A stretch of DNA of 32,000 bases from Desulfatiglandales bacterium (lineage in GTDB: Bacteria; Desulfobacterota; DSM-4660; Desulfatiglandales; Desulfatiglandaceae). The stretch covers positions 6,253,292-6,285,291 of the forward strand of contig OY759599.1 in NCBI GenBank assembly GCA_963662465.1, in the 5' to 3' direction. Below, one piece after another: positions 6,948 through 16,304 of this stretch (positions within the stretch are counted from its first letter, which is position 1; each line of letters opens with the position of its first letter). Both the position numbers and the translations under genes were made by a program. Under the pieces are notes generated by a model. That model was not told the DNA's origin. It ran no database searches and worked only from the letters and a program-made list of their open reading frames with translations.

Positions 6948-8850
6948 GTGCGCCTGTGAAGGCGCTTTATCAGTGCGGTGAAAGTCCGTACCGGAGTATG
7001 CCATAGCTCCGTAGCCGAAGGTAACTGCGTCGCCGCGAGGCGGGGTGGAGAGCAACCGGAGGCGAAAAGTCAGTCCGTAGGATGACGAACCCGATTCGGT
7101 GTCATGTGGTGGCGAGCCTACCGTTCCATGGTGAAGCCTGAAACTCACAGACCACGCTGTAATGGCGGTTAAAGCGATGGTTTGACGGCATGGTATGTTT
7201 GGGGTCGGAATGACTGGAAGGTAAAGCGAGATAAGCAGGGAGACCTGTCTCTTGGGGTGACAGGAGGCAGGAGTCAGAGTCCTCATAGTACCGTAGCGAC
7301 AGAACGGTCCTGCTAACAAGGCTTACGGCGTGAGACCAGTACCCGCCGCCTGCGTCGGATACCGGGTTGTGAAAAGCGCGGATAGCAAAACCGTGCCGAG
7401 GGAAGGAGGATAGGAAGATAGATACGGAAAGGTCATATAGATGCAGCTAAATCAAGCAGTCTCGGCAGTGTTGGAAACAACTAAACGCGAGGCAGAAACC
7501 CGATGGGATTGGGTGGAAGCATCGGTGTGGACGGAACGTATGTTGGCAGCCCTGGGTAACGGGGTGAAAGGTGGTAAATGGTACAGTTTGATGGATAAGG
7601 TGTTCGCCTTGTCGACGCTGGAAGCGGCTTGGGGACGTGTCAAAGCCAATAAAGGAGCGGCAGGGATAGACCGTATCAGCATAAAGCGCTTTAAGGAGCA
7701 GGCGGAGAAATACCTTGCCGAACTGCATGAAACCTTGAAAGCGGGAACGTACCGACCGGAAGCGGTAAAACGGGTATACATTCCGAAAAGCGACGGCAAA
7801 CAACGCCCGCTGGGGATACCCACGGTCAAAGACCGGGTAGTGCAGGCAGCGGTTAAAATGGTTATGGAGCCCATATTCGAGCATGAATTTCTGCCGATGA
7901 GTTACGGCTTCAGGCCGCAAAGAGGTTGCAAGGACGCGTTGCGAGAAGTAGACGCGCTTATTAAGGAAGGCTACACCTTCATACTGGACGCCGACCTGAA
8001 AAGTTACTTTGATACGATTCCGCACGATAAGCTGATGCAACAAGTCGAAATGCGCATCAGCGACGGCAAATTGCTCAATCTGATTCAAATGTTCCTGAAA
8101 CAGGACGTGATGGACGGCTTGGAAAGATGGACACCGACGGGTGGTTCGCCACAAGGGGCGGTAGTCAGCCCCTTGCTTGCGAATATTTACCTGCATCCTC
8201 TTGACAGCCTGATCGCGGAATCAGGTATGCGGATGGTGCGTTACGCAGACGACTTTGTTATCCTCAGCCGCAGTCAAACGGAAGCGGAGAATGCTTTGCA
8301 AAAGGTACGGGAGTGGGTACAGGCTAATGACCTGAGCTTACACCCGGACAAGACGCATCTTGGCGACTGTCGACAAAAGGGTCAGGGATTTGAATTCCTG
8401 GGATACCGGTTTGAGGCAGGAAAGCGCTGGATACGCAGTAAAAGCCGTAAAGCCCTTCGTGATAAAATCCGGGAAGAGACCCGGCGCAAACGTAGCGGAA
8501 GTATGGAAAGCATCATTGATGATCTGAACCCCATGCTTGAAGGCTGGTTTGGTTACTTCAAACACGCCTACCGCACTGAGTTTGCGGCGGTGGATAAGTT
8601 TGTCCGCCGACGCTTACGCGCCGTATTATTGCGTCGTAACAAACGCAAGGGCTGGGGCAAAAGCCTTGAAGCCCACCGCCGCTGGCCGAATGCCTACTTC
8701 GCGAAAATCGGGCTTTTCACTATGCATGAGGCCCGGTTAGCAGCGTGCCGATCCCGATGAGGAAACTATCGACCGGAGAGCCGTGTGCGGGAGAACCGCA
8801 TGCACGGTTCGGAGGGAGGGGAGAGCCAAGAGGCTCTTTCCTACCCCTAT
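6948..8850 (+). mobile_element. Group II intron, copy 1 (1903 bp)
   Basis: 5' GTGCG; intron-encoded RT/maturase; domain V GAGCCGTGTGCGGGAGAACCGCATGCACGGTTC (8778-8810); domain VI with bulged A near 8843; 3' end ...CCTACCCCTAT. Boundaries fixed by comparison with copy 2 and the empty site at 5586/5587. Confidence 0.92.
7441..8760 (+). CDS. ltrA: Group II intron-encoded reverse transcriptase/maturase (439 aa, no evident endonuclease domain)
   Basis: RT motifs ...YGFRPQRGCKDAL..., DADLKSYFDTI, GSPQGAVVSPLLANIYLHPLD, RYADDFVIL, then maturase domain WFGYFKHA...; ends shortly after the X domain. Confidence 0.93.
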   Translation: MQLNQAVSAVLETTKREAETRWDWVEASVWTERMLAALGNGVKGGKWYSLMDKVFALSTLEAAWGRVKANKGAAGIDRISIKRFKEQAEKYLAELHETLKAGTYRPEAVKRVYIPKSDGKQRPLGIPTVKDRVVQAAVKMVMEPIFEHEFLPMSYGFRPQRGCKDALREVDALIKEGYTFILDADLKSYFDTIPHDKLMQQVEMRISDGKLLNLIQMFLKQDVMDGLERWTPTGGSPQGAVVSPLLANIYLHPLDSLIAESGMRMVRYADDFVILSRSQTEAENALQKVREWVQANDLSLHPDKTHLGDCRQKGQGFEFLGYRFEAGKRWIRSKSRKALRDKIREETRRKRSGSMESIIDDLNPMLEGWFGYFKHAYRTEFAAVDKFVRRRLRAVLLRRNKRKGWGKSLEAHRRWPNAYFAKIGLFTMHEARLAACRSR

Positions 8851-8941
8851 AGGGAGTGTAGTGCGTAAAAACGAGTATACTCTCCAACGGTTGTGATTTA
8901 CACCCGTACAGCTGTACCGCAAAGACGGCAGCGATGAATGG

Positions 8942-9682
8942 GTGTTGGCGCACGTGGAAGTGCAGGGGCAGAAAAAGAAACCGTTCCCTGAGAGGATGTA
9001 CACTTATAATTACCGAACATTTGACCTTTTTCATCGGAAAGTAGCCAGTATCGCGATTCTGGCGGATGAAAATCCTTTGTGGCGTCCGGATCATTTCAGT
9101 TATGACTTGTGGGGAAGTCGTGCCGGGCTGTGGTTTCCATGTGTGAAGCTTCTTGATTACCGTGAGAAATGGTTGGAACTGGAGGAGTCGACCAATCCCT
9201 TTGCCTCGGTTGTGATGGCGTATTTAAAGGCGGTTGAAACCAAGGGAGACAACGATCAGAGATACCGGTGGAAGCTGATTCTCATTAAAAGACTCTATCG
9301 CCAGGGATACGCTAAAGTAGATGTGATCAGGCTGTTTGCATTTATAGATTGGGTCATGTCCCTGCCTGCGGATATGGAAAAAGGCCTTTGGACGGAAGTC
9401 CAAAAGTTTGAGGAGGAAACGAAAATGGAATATGTTACCAGCGTGGAAAGAATCGGTATGGAGAAAGGTATGGAGAAAGGCATGGAGAAAGGCAGCCTGA
9501 ATCTTCTGTGCCGTCTCATTGCGAAGCGATTTAAAACCGGTTACGAATCGCTTCCGCTGATCTTCACCTTGGGTTTGCGTGCGGAAGATATCGAAGATCT
9601 TGGCGAGCGTTTCCTGGATGCCGAGAGTGTGGATGAGATTCGTCGATGGGCGGAAGAAAAACGCAGGGCGAGGATGCAGTAG
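8942..9682 (+). pseudogene. Rpn family 1, copy B, 3' portion after the intron
   Basis: LAHVEVQGQKKKPFPERMYTYNYRTFDLF... collinear with 11365..12363 but lacking the N-terminal part; internal SD + ATG at 9425; three MEKG units (9458-9493). Confidence 0.7.
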
Positions 9683-9948
9683 TGCAGGGACTTAGCCCAT
9701 GGACATCTGGGTGGCACTCTGTAAAAAACATCAACGGACGCGGAGCGTCCACCCGGTTGGGGAGGGTGGCTTCAATTCCGGTTGTAATCCTTATCCTGTT
9801 CATCCTGTATATCCATGTTCATTTTTCCATTGGTTCAAGAAATGGATAATGATTATGTCGCTGTTCACAGGAGAAGTTCTTCTCGGCACGCAAGCGCCGG
9901 TGTTTCATTTTATTGACAATTCTCTTTAAATGAGCCACAATCGACACC

Positions 9949-10923
9949 ATGGTCGAACATGACAACAGTTACAAGCTTCTTTTTTCCCATGCGGAGATGG
10001 TCCGGGATTTGCTTCTGGGTTTTGTGAAAGAGGAGTGGGTCCGGAAACTCGATCTGGCGTCATTGGAACGGGTGAGCGGGTCCTATGTAAGCGATGATAT
10101 CCGGGATCGGCACGACGATATTGTCTGGCGGGTGAAGTGGGGCCGAGAGTGGCTCTATGTGTACATCTTGATCGAGTTTCAGTCAACCATCGATAAATAC
10201 ATGCCACTGCGTGTCCTGGTGTATGTCGGGCTTTTATATCAGGACCTGATTCGGGAAAAGAAACTGGGACCTTCGGGCAAATTGCCGGCTGTTCTGCCGG
10301 TGGTACTGTATAATGGGAGCCGGCGCTGGGACAAGTCCACCGAATTGTGGGACCTGATCGAGGATGTGCCTGGGGGGCTATCCCAATATCGTCCCCGGTT
10401 CACATTCTTGCTGCTGGACGAAGGCGCTTACCGGGATGAAGATCTGAAACCGCTTAAGAATCTTGTTTCGGCCCTGTTCCGTTTGGAAAACAGCCGGAAC
10501 CCGGAACGGATCAGGGAGGTGGTAACAGTGCTGTTGGATTGGCTGGCTGCGCCCGAACAGGCGAGTTTGAGACGCGCCTTTACGGTATGGTTTAATCGGG
10601 TATTTTTTCCGTCCCGAGGAAAGGAAATGATACCCCCTGAATTTGAAGAACTGACGGAGGTACGTGCCATGCTGGCTGAAACCGTTGCGGAATGGAAAGA
10701 AGAATGGAAGAGGGATGGGCTGAAAGAAGGCCTGAAGAAAGGCCTGAAGAAAGGCCGGAAGGAGGGTGAAGCGAACATTCTTTTAAAGCTTATTGAGATG
10801 AAATTTGGACGAATAAGCCTAATAGATCGAAAAAGGGTTCAATCGGCTGACAGTGAAACTCTGTTGAGATGGGGGAAACAAATTCTCACAGCCAACAAAA
10901 TGGATGAGATATTCAGACTGTAA
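9949..10923 (+). CDS. Rpn family recombination-promoting nuclease / putative transposase (family 2, copy 1)
   Basis: MVEHDNSYKLLFSHAEMVRDLLLGFV...DDIVWRV...YVYILIEFQS (PD-(D/E)XK D...ExQ signature)...; C-terminal GLKE/GLKK 4-residue repeats (10717-10764); internal GGAGG + ATG at 10669. Confidence 0.88.
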   Translation: MVEHDNSYKLLFSHAEMVRDLLLGFVKEEWVRKLDLASLERVSGSYVSDDIRDRHDDIVWRVKWGREWLYVYILIEFQSTIDKYMPLRVLVYVGLLYQDLIREKKLGPSGKLPAVLPVVLYNGSRRWDKSTELWDLIEDVPGGLSQYRPRFTFLLLDEGAYRDEDLKPLKNLVSALFRLENSRNPERIREVVTVLLDWLAAPEQASLRRAFTVWFNRVFFPSRGKEMIPPEFEELTEVRAMLAETVAEWKEEWKRDGLKEGLKKGLKKGRKEGEANILLKLIEMKFGRISLIDRKRVQSADSETLLRWGKQILTANKMDEIFRL

Positions 10924-11364
10924 GTCTAAGGAAAATTGGGACAGGCAAATAATGCCTCTATCAGCCCGCCATGTCATGGAACGGAAGTGGGACGTCCATA
11001 AAAAGCTAAAAAAGTCGCCAGGCGTACAATGATTTCCCGCTTGCCGAGGCCGCGTATCGGTTGTTATTCGAAAATTATTGCAAAAGGGAATAGGCTCAGA
11101 CCTCAATCTTCTGACAGAATCAATCCCCCTTCCAGCGGGATTAACGGGATAAAAGAAAAAAGGTTATCAGTATACTGAAAATCACGTAAATCCTGTCACA
11201 ATAACCCGGTAATATTCAAAAGGGACAGGCCGATAATTTTATATTGGCGACGTGGGCCGAATTCTCCTTGATCTCCATTGCTTCCATCAATTTCCAAACA
11301 TCAAAAGAACCTTGCCCGACCTTGGGATTTCTGATATTCTGGTAGTATATTCAAACTCGAATGG

Positions 11365-12363
11365 GTGGAACAAAAAATGACCTTTGACTCTGAAACGGCT
11401 GATTACGACAGTCCGTGGAAAAACGCTCTGGAATGCTATTTTCGTGAATGCATTGAGTTTTTTCTTCCTGATATGGCGCAGGATGTGGATTGGGAAAGGG
11501 GATGCCTTTTTTTGGACAAGGAATTTCAGCAGGTGTCCAAAAATGCGGCTGTCGGTCGCAGATATGCCGACAAACTCGTACAATTGTACCGCAAAGACGG
11601 CAGCGATGAATGGGTGTTGGCGCACGTGGAAGTGCAGGGGCAGAAAAGGAAACCGTTCCCTGAGAGGATGTACACTTATAATTACCGAACCTTTGACCTT
11701 TTTCATCGGGAAGTAGCCAGTATCGCGATTTTGGCGGATGAAAATCCTTTGTGGCGTCCGGATCATTTCAGTTATGACTTGTGGGGAAGTCGTGCCGGGC
11801 TGTGGTTTCCATGTGTAAAGCTTCTTGATTACCGTGAGAAATGGTCGGAACTGGAGGCATCGACCAATCCCTTTGCCTCGGTTGTGATGGCGCATTTAAA
11901 GGCGGTTGAAACCAAGGGAGACAACGAACAGCGATACCGGTGGAAGCTGATCCTCATTAAAAGGCTCTACCGCCAGGGATACGCTAAAGCAGATGTGATC
12001 AGGCTCTTTGCATTTATAGATTGGGTCATGTCCCTGCCCGCGGATATGGAAAAAGGCCTTTGGACGGAAATCCAAAAGTTCGAGGAGGAAACGAAAATGG
12101 AATATGTTACCAGCGTGGAAAGAATCGGTATGGAGAAAGGCATGGAGAAAGGCATGGAGAAAGGCATGGAGAAAGGCAGTCTGAATCTTCTGTGCCGTCA
12201 AATTGCGAAGCGGTTTAAAACCGGATACGAATCGCTTCCGCCGATCTTCACGGGTTTGCGTGCGGAAGATATCGAAGATCTTGGCGAGCGTTTCCTGGAT
12301 GCCGAGAGCGTGGATGAGATTCGTCGATGGGCGGAAGAAAAACGCAGGGCGAGGATGCAGTAG
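11365..12363 (+). CDS. Rpn family PD-(D/E)XK nuclease/putative transposase (family 1, copy C), full length with DUF4351-like C-terminus
   Basis: LVQLYRKDGSDEWVLAHVEVQGQ (D...ExQ), ERMYTYNYRTFDLF, C-terminal LGERFLDAESVDEIRRWAEE; four 12-nt ATGGAGAAAGGC units (12130-12177); SD GAGGAGG + ATG at 12097. Confidence 0.88.
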   Translation: MEQKMTFDSETADYDSPWKNALECYFRECIEFFLPDMAQDVDWERGCLFLDKEFQQVSKNAAVGRRYADKLVQLYRKDGSDEWVLAHVEVQGQKRKPFPERMYTYNYRTFDLFHREVASIAILADENPLWRPDHFSYDLWGSRAGLWFPCVKLLDYREKWSELEASTNPFASVVMAHLKAVETKGDNEQRYRWKLILIKRLYRQGYAKADVIRLFAFIDWVMSLPADMEKGLWTEIQKFEEETKMEYVTSVERIGMEKGMEKGMEKGMEKGSLNLLCRQIAKRFKTGYESLPPIFTGLRAEDIEDLGERFLDAESVDEIRRWAEEKRRARMQ

Positions 12364-12480
12364 AGCTGAGGGACTCAGCCCATGGACATCTTTCCCAAAA
12401 ACCTCGATTTAAGTTCACAGATTTCTTGTTTTTCATGACAGAAAACCTGGAAATAAGGTACTAAACAGCTTGAAGAGGAA

Positions 12481-12700
12481 TTCCAGGTTTCGGTGGATGC
12501 TTACCTTGATTTTTGTAAAGATCTTGGGGAGACTCCAGAAAAACTATATTCAGGGAAGATTGTGTTGCGCTTGCTGCTCAAATAGCCAACCAGAGCCTCA
12601 ACGTATGGGCAGCAGAGCATTTGATCAAAAATGCCGAACAAGAACTTCAAAAGCCTTTTTGAAGAAATTGGTTTCCCTGCCTGAGTCTCCGATTTTTCTT
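12481..12700 (+). pseudogene. HicB-like antitoxin C-terminal remnant
   Basis: FQVSVDAYLDFCKDLGETPEKLYSGKIVLRLLLK* then degenerate; overlaps the terminal FQVSVD of the N-terminal fragment at 24739-24909. Confidence 0.55.
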
Positions 12701-12884
12701 GCACATTAATAGTATGCCCCTACGCTAAACGCAACATGCACAAAATAGACCCTCTTCCGAGCATCTTCAGGATAAAAAAAGCCTGTATAGTGAAGTACCT
12801 TTTATCGGAACTTATAGCCACATAAGTTCTGACAATCAGAACCTTATCCTTGACACATCGAGCCTCAGAGTGTATTGAAATTAT

Positions 12885-13190
12885 ATGCACATAATCGCCC
12901 GTAACTCACTAATTGAATTTGGGGTAAAATATCCGGACGGCAGAACGGCTGTTGACAGGTGGTGGACCATATGCAGAAAAAATACTTTTTGTTCTTTCTC
13001 CGACCTGAAAAAGACATTCGGCACAGCCGATATGGTAAACAGATGTGTTATTTTCAACATCGGTGGCGGAAAATATAGATTGGTGGTAAGCGTCAACTTT
13101 GTGGGCCGGAGAATGTGGGTAAAGTATGTGTTACCCCATAATGAATATGAAAAACTTGATCTGAAGGAGGACTCAAAATGCCGGCCGTAG
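12885..13190 (+). CDS. higB: HigB-like mRNA interferase toxin (copy 1)
   Basis: MHIIARNSLIEFGVKYPDGRTAVDRWW...NRCVIFNIGGGKYRLVVSVNFVGRRMWVKYVLPHNEYEKLD is HigB-like; overlaps the start of an HTH antitoxin gene. Confidence 0.82.
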   Translation: MHIIARNSLIEFGVKYPDGRTAVDRWWTICRKNTFCSFSDLKKTFGTADMVNRCVIFNIGGGKYRLVVSVNFVGRRMWVKYVLPHNEYEKLDLKEDSKCRP

Positions 13191-13558
13191 ATCGGATAGA
13201 CTCCAGAGATTTATATCCACTGATGGTTATAAGAACCCAGGATGATTACAAAAAGGCACTTGGTTCCATGGAGACTGTTTTTGATGAGGAGACAGGCCCC
13301 CTGGCGGATTATGCAGAAACACTTGCCATCCTGATTGTGCACTATGAGGAACAGAATTTTCTATTGGAGAAAAAACAGGGGGTGGAAGTCCTGAAGTTTC
13401 TTATGGAACAGAATGGTCTCAAACAAAGGGATCTGGTGGGGACTCTTGGAGGGAAGTCGACTGTTTCGGAGATACTTAATGGGAAAAGGCCATTGAATCT
13501 CCAACACATCAGGATCTTGGCAGATAGATTCCATGTTGTGCCTGGAACCTTTGTTTAA
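13178..13558 (+). CDS. higA: HigA-like HTH (XRE) antitoxin (copy 1)
   Basis: GVEVLKFLMEQNGLKQRDLVGTLGGKSTVSEILNGKRPLNLQHIRILADRFHV HTH; GGAGG upstream; overlaps the toxin gene. Confidence 0.83.
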   Translation: MPAVDRIDSRDLYPLMVIRTQDDYKKALGSMETVFDEETGPLADYAETLAILIVHYEEQNFLLEKKQGVEVLKFLMEQNGLKQRDLVGTLGGKSTVSEILNGKRPLNLQHIRILADRFHVVPGTFV

Positions 13559-13709
13559 CACGGACACACAGGCTGACACCGACTTTTTCACCTATCGCAG
13601 CTTCTTCCATGACGAAGAAACCGGCATCCTTCAAAACAGCTCAAAAGTAGTTTACACTTTTGAAAAGTGAAAGGTGAAAAGTTGACGACTCTTCACTCTT
13701 CGGCATCCG

Positions 13710-14225
13710 GTGCATGACTTTTCAAAAAAGTGTAAACTGCGAGATGAAGGATGCCCATCGACCAATCCCTTTGCCTCGGTTGTGATGGCGCATTTAAAGG
13801 CGGTTGAAACCAAGGGAGGCAACGATCAGAGATACCGGTGGAAGCTGATCCTCATCAAAAGGCTCTACCGCCAGGGATACGCTAAAGCAGATGTGATCAG
13901 GCTGTTTGCATTTATAGATTGGGTCATGTCCCTTCCCGCGGATATGGAAAAAGGCCTTTGGACGGAAATCCAAAAGTTCGAGGAGGAAACGAACATGGAA
14001 TATGTTACCAGCGTAGAAAGAATCGGTATGGAGAAAGGCAGCCTGAATCTTCTGTGCCGTCTCATTGCGAAGCGGTTTAAAACCGCTTACGAATCGCTTC
14101 CGCCGATCTTCACGGGTTTGCGTGCGGAAGATATCGAAGATCCTGGCGAGCGTTTCCTGGATGCCGAGAGCGTGGATGAGATTCGTCGATGGGCGGAAGA
14201 GAAACGCAGGGCGAGGATGCAGTAG
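13710..14225 (+). CDS. Rpn family 1 truncated copy D (C-terminal module; internal ATG 13995)
   Basis: From CPSTNPFASVVMAHLKAVETKGG onward collinear with the intact copies; one MEKG unit (14028-14039). Confidence 0.65.
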   Translation: MHDFSKKCKLRDEGCPSTNPFASVVMAHLKAVETKGGNDQRYRWKLILIKRLYRQGYAKADVIRLFAFIDWVMSLPADMEKGLWTEIQKFEEETNMEYVTSVERIGMEKGSLNLLCRLIAKRFKTAYESLPPIFTGLRAEDIEDPGERFLDAESVDEIRRWAEEKRRARMQ

Positions 14226-14491
14226 AGCAGAGACTCAGCCCATGGACATCTGGGTGGTGCTTTGTAAAAAACATCAACGGACGCGGAGCGGCCACTCGGT
14301 TGGGGAGGGTGGCTTCAATTCCGGTTGCAATCCTTATCCCGTTCATCCTGTATATCCATGTTCATTTTTCAATTGGTTCAAGAAATGGATAATGATCATG
14401 TCGCTGTTCACAGGGGAAGTTCTTCCCGGCACGCAAGCGCCGGTGTTTCATTTTATTGACAATTCTCTTTAAATGAGCCACAATCGACACC

Positions 14492-15550
14492 ATGGTCGAA
14501 CATGACAACAGTTACAAGCTTCTTTTTTCCCATGCGGAGATGGTCCGGGATTTGCTTCTGGGTTTTGTGAAAGAGGAGTGGGTCCGGAAGCTCGATCTGG
14601 CGTCATTGGAACGGGTGAGCGGGTCCTATGTAAGCGATGATATCCGGGATCGGCATGACGATATTGTATGGCGGGTGAAGTGGGGTCGAGAGTGGCTCTA
14701 TGTGTACATCCTGATCGAGTTTCAGTCAACCGTCGATATATACATGCCACTGCGCGTCCTGGTGTATATCGGGCTTTTATATCAGGACCTGATCCGGGAA
14801 AAGAAACTGGGACCTTCGGGCAAATTGCCGGCTGTTCTGCCGGTGGTACTGTATAATGGGAGCCGGCGCTGGGACAAGTCCACCGAGTTGTGGGACCTGA
14901 TCGAGGATGTGCCTGGGGGGCTATCCCAATATCGTCCCCGGTTTACATTCTTGCTGCTGGACGAAGGCGCTTACCGGGATGAAGATCTGAAACCGCTTAA
15001 GAATCTTGTTTCGGCCCTGTTCCGTTTGGAAAACAGCCGGGACCCGGAACGGATCAGGGAGGTGGTAACAGCGCTGTTGGATTGGCTGGCTGCGCCGGAA
15101 CAGGCGAGTTTGAGACGCGCCTTTACGGTATGGTTTAATCGGGTATTTTTTCCGTCCCGAGGAAAGGAAATGATACCCCCTGAATTTGAAGAACTGACGG
15201 AGGTACGTGCCATGCTGGCTGAAACCGTTGCAGAATGGAAAGAAGAATGGAAGAGGGATGGCCGAAAGGAAGGCCTGAAAGAAGGCCGGAACGAAGGCCT
15301 GAAAGAAGGCCGGAACGAAGGCCTGAAAGAAGGCCGGAACGAAGGCCTGAAAGAAGGCCGGAACGAAGGTCGGAAGGAGGGTCGGAAGGAGGGGGAAGCA
15401 AACATTCTTTTAAAGCTTATTGAACTGAAGTTTGGACCCATAAACCTGAAAGACCGAAAACTGGTTCAATCCGCTGACAGCGAAACCCTGTTGAGATGGG
15501 GAAAACAAATTCTCACAGCCAACAAAATGGATGAGATATTCAGACTGTAA
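14492..15550 (+). CDS. Rpn family nuclease/putative transposase (family 2, copy 2) with expanded 4-residue repeats
   Basis: Near-identical to 9949..10923; 4 x 24-bp GGCCTGAAAGAAGGCCGGAACGAA units (15272-15367) plus 2 x 12 bp; internal ATG 15212. Confidence 0.88.
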   Translation: MVEHDNSYKLLFSHAEMVRDLLLGFVKEEWVRKLDLASLERVSGSYVSDDIRDRHDDIVWRVKWGREWLYVYILIEFQSTVDIYMPLRVLVYIGLLYQDLIREKKLGPSGKLPAVLPVVLYNGSRRWDKSTELWDLIEDVPGGLSQYRPRFTFLLLDEGAYRDEDLKPLKNLVSALFRLENSRDPERIREVVTALLDWLAAPEQASLRRAFTVWFNRVFFPSRGKEMIPPEFEELTEVRAMLAETVAEWKEEWKRDGRKEGLKEGRNEGLKEGRNEGLKEGRNEGLKEGRNEGRKEGRKEGEANILLKLIELKFGPINLKDRKLVQSADSETLLRWGKQILTANKMDEIFRL

Positions 15551-15857
15551 GTCTAAGGAAAATTGGGACAGGCAAATAATGCATCTATCAGCCCGCCATG
15601 TCATGGAACGGAAGTGGGATGTCCATAAAAAGCTAAGAAAGTCGCCAGGCGTACATTGATTCCCCGCTTGCCGAGGCCGCGTATCGGTTGTTATTCGAAA
15701 ATTATTGCAGAAGGGAATAGGTTCAGACCTCAATCTTCTGACAGGATCAACTGGATTAACTGGATAAAAGAAAAAAGGTTATAAGTATCCTGAAAATCAA
15801 GTAAATCCTGTCACATTTGACCTTTTTCATCGGAAAGTAGCCAGTATCGCGATTCTG

Positions 15858-16286
15858 GCGGATTAACGTGAAAAAATGTTTCGCCACCAGGAAAAACCTC
15901 GGTGCATTCGTCATAAAGAATCGTATGTATTCGGAACCCGACGAACCCATGGTTATTTTTCCCACGCGGTAGGTCAGGGTGCGGCGCGTCCCGTTTTTTC
16001 CTCTGACGCTGTTGAATCCCAAATGGGTTGAAATCCATCAAACGACCGAAAAAACTCCAACGCGCCGTTCCCTGACATTTTTGCGACCACCCCAACGTCG
16101 CCAATGGGATTATCGGTTTATGCCGAATCAATGTCAGGTAATCCCGCGTGTGGACATGTGGGATTTTGAATGTTCATGGGGGTTGGCGTGGAAATCGAAA
16201 TTTCGCGGTAAAAATGTGAACGCGGGACAACCTGACCTACTGACTATACAACTTTTCCCCTCCGGGAATGTTTTTACGTCAATCCG
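15858..16286. mobile_element. ~430-bp TIR-bounded non-autonomous element (copy 2) inside Rpn copy E
   Basis: Left gcggattaacgtgaaaa..., right ...ttttacgtcaatccgc; Rpn sequence ...FHRKVASIAILAD (to 15863) resumes as ..NPLWRPDHFSYDLWG after 16295. Confidence 0.72.
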
Positions 16287-16304
16287 CGATGAACCAAAAA
16301 TCCT

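Noticed and set aside
7447-8196. Long antisense ORFs over the RT gene (7447..8196 -, 18554..19303 +, 7452..7874 -, 18876..19298 +)
   Set aside because: Mirror shadows of the same intron-encoded RT gene in both copies; no recognisable family, no RBS support.
7441-8760. Considered whether the RTs belong to a diversity-generating retroelement, retron or DRT defence system
   Set aside because: Flanking group II intron RNA signatures (GTGCG 5' end, domain V, domain VI) and the maturase domain explain them fully; no TR/VR pair, msr/msd or effector gene seen.
11287-11895. Large minus ORFs opposite Rpn family 1 (11287..11895, 22724..23332, 16452..17006)
   Set aside because: Antisense to well-supported Rpn genes and repeated only because the genes are duplicated.
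15272-15391. Possible CRISPR-like or VNTR non-coding array
   Set aside because: Units are contiguous without spacers and in frame in a coding gene; not CRISPR.
14971-15441. Arg/Pro/Ser-rich repetitive ORFs antisense to Rpn repeat tracts (14971..15441 -, 15135..15401 -, 15235..15423 +, 23404..23652 -)
   Set aside because: Low-complexity translations of the 12/24-bp repeats in wrong frames.
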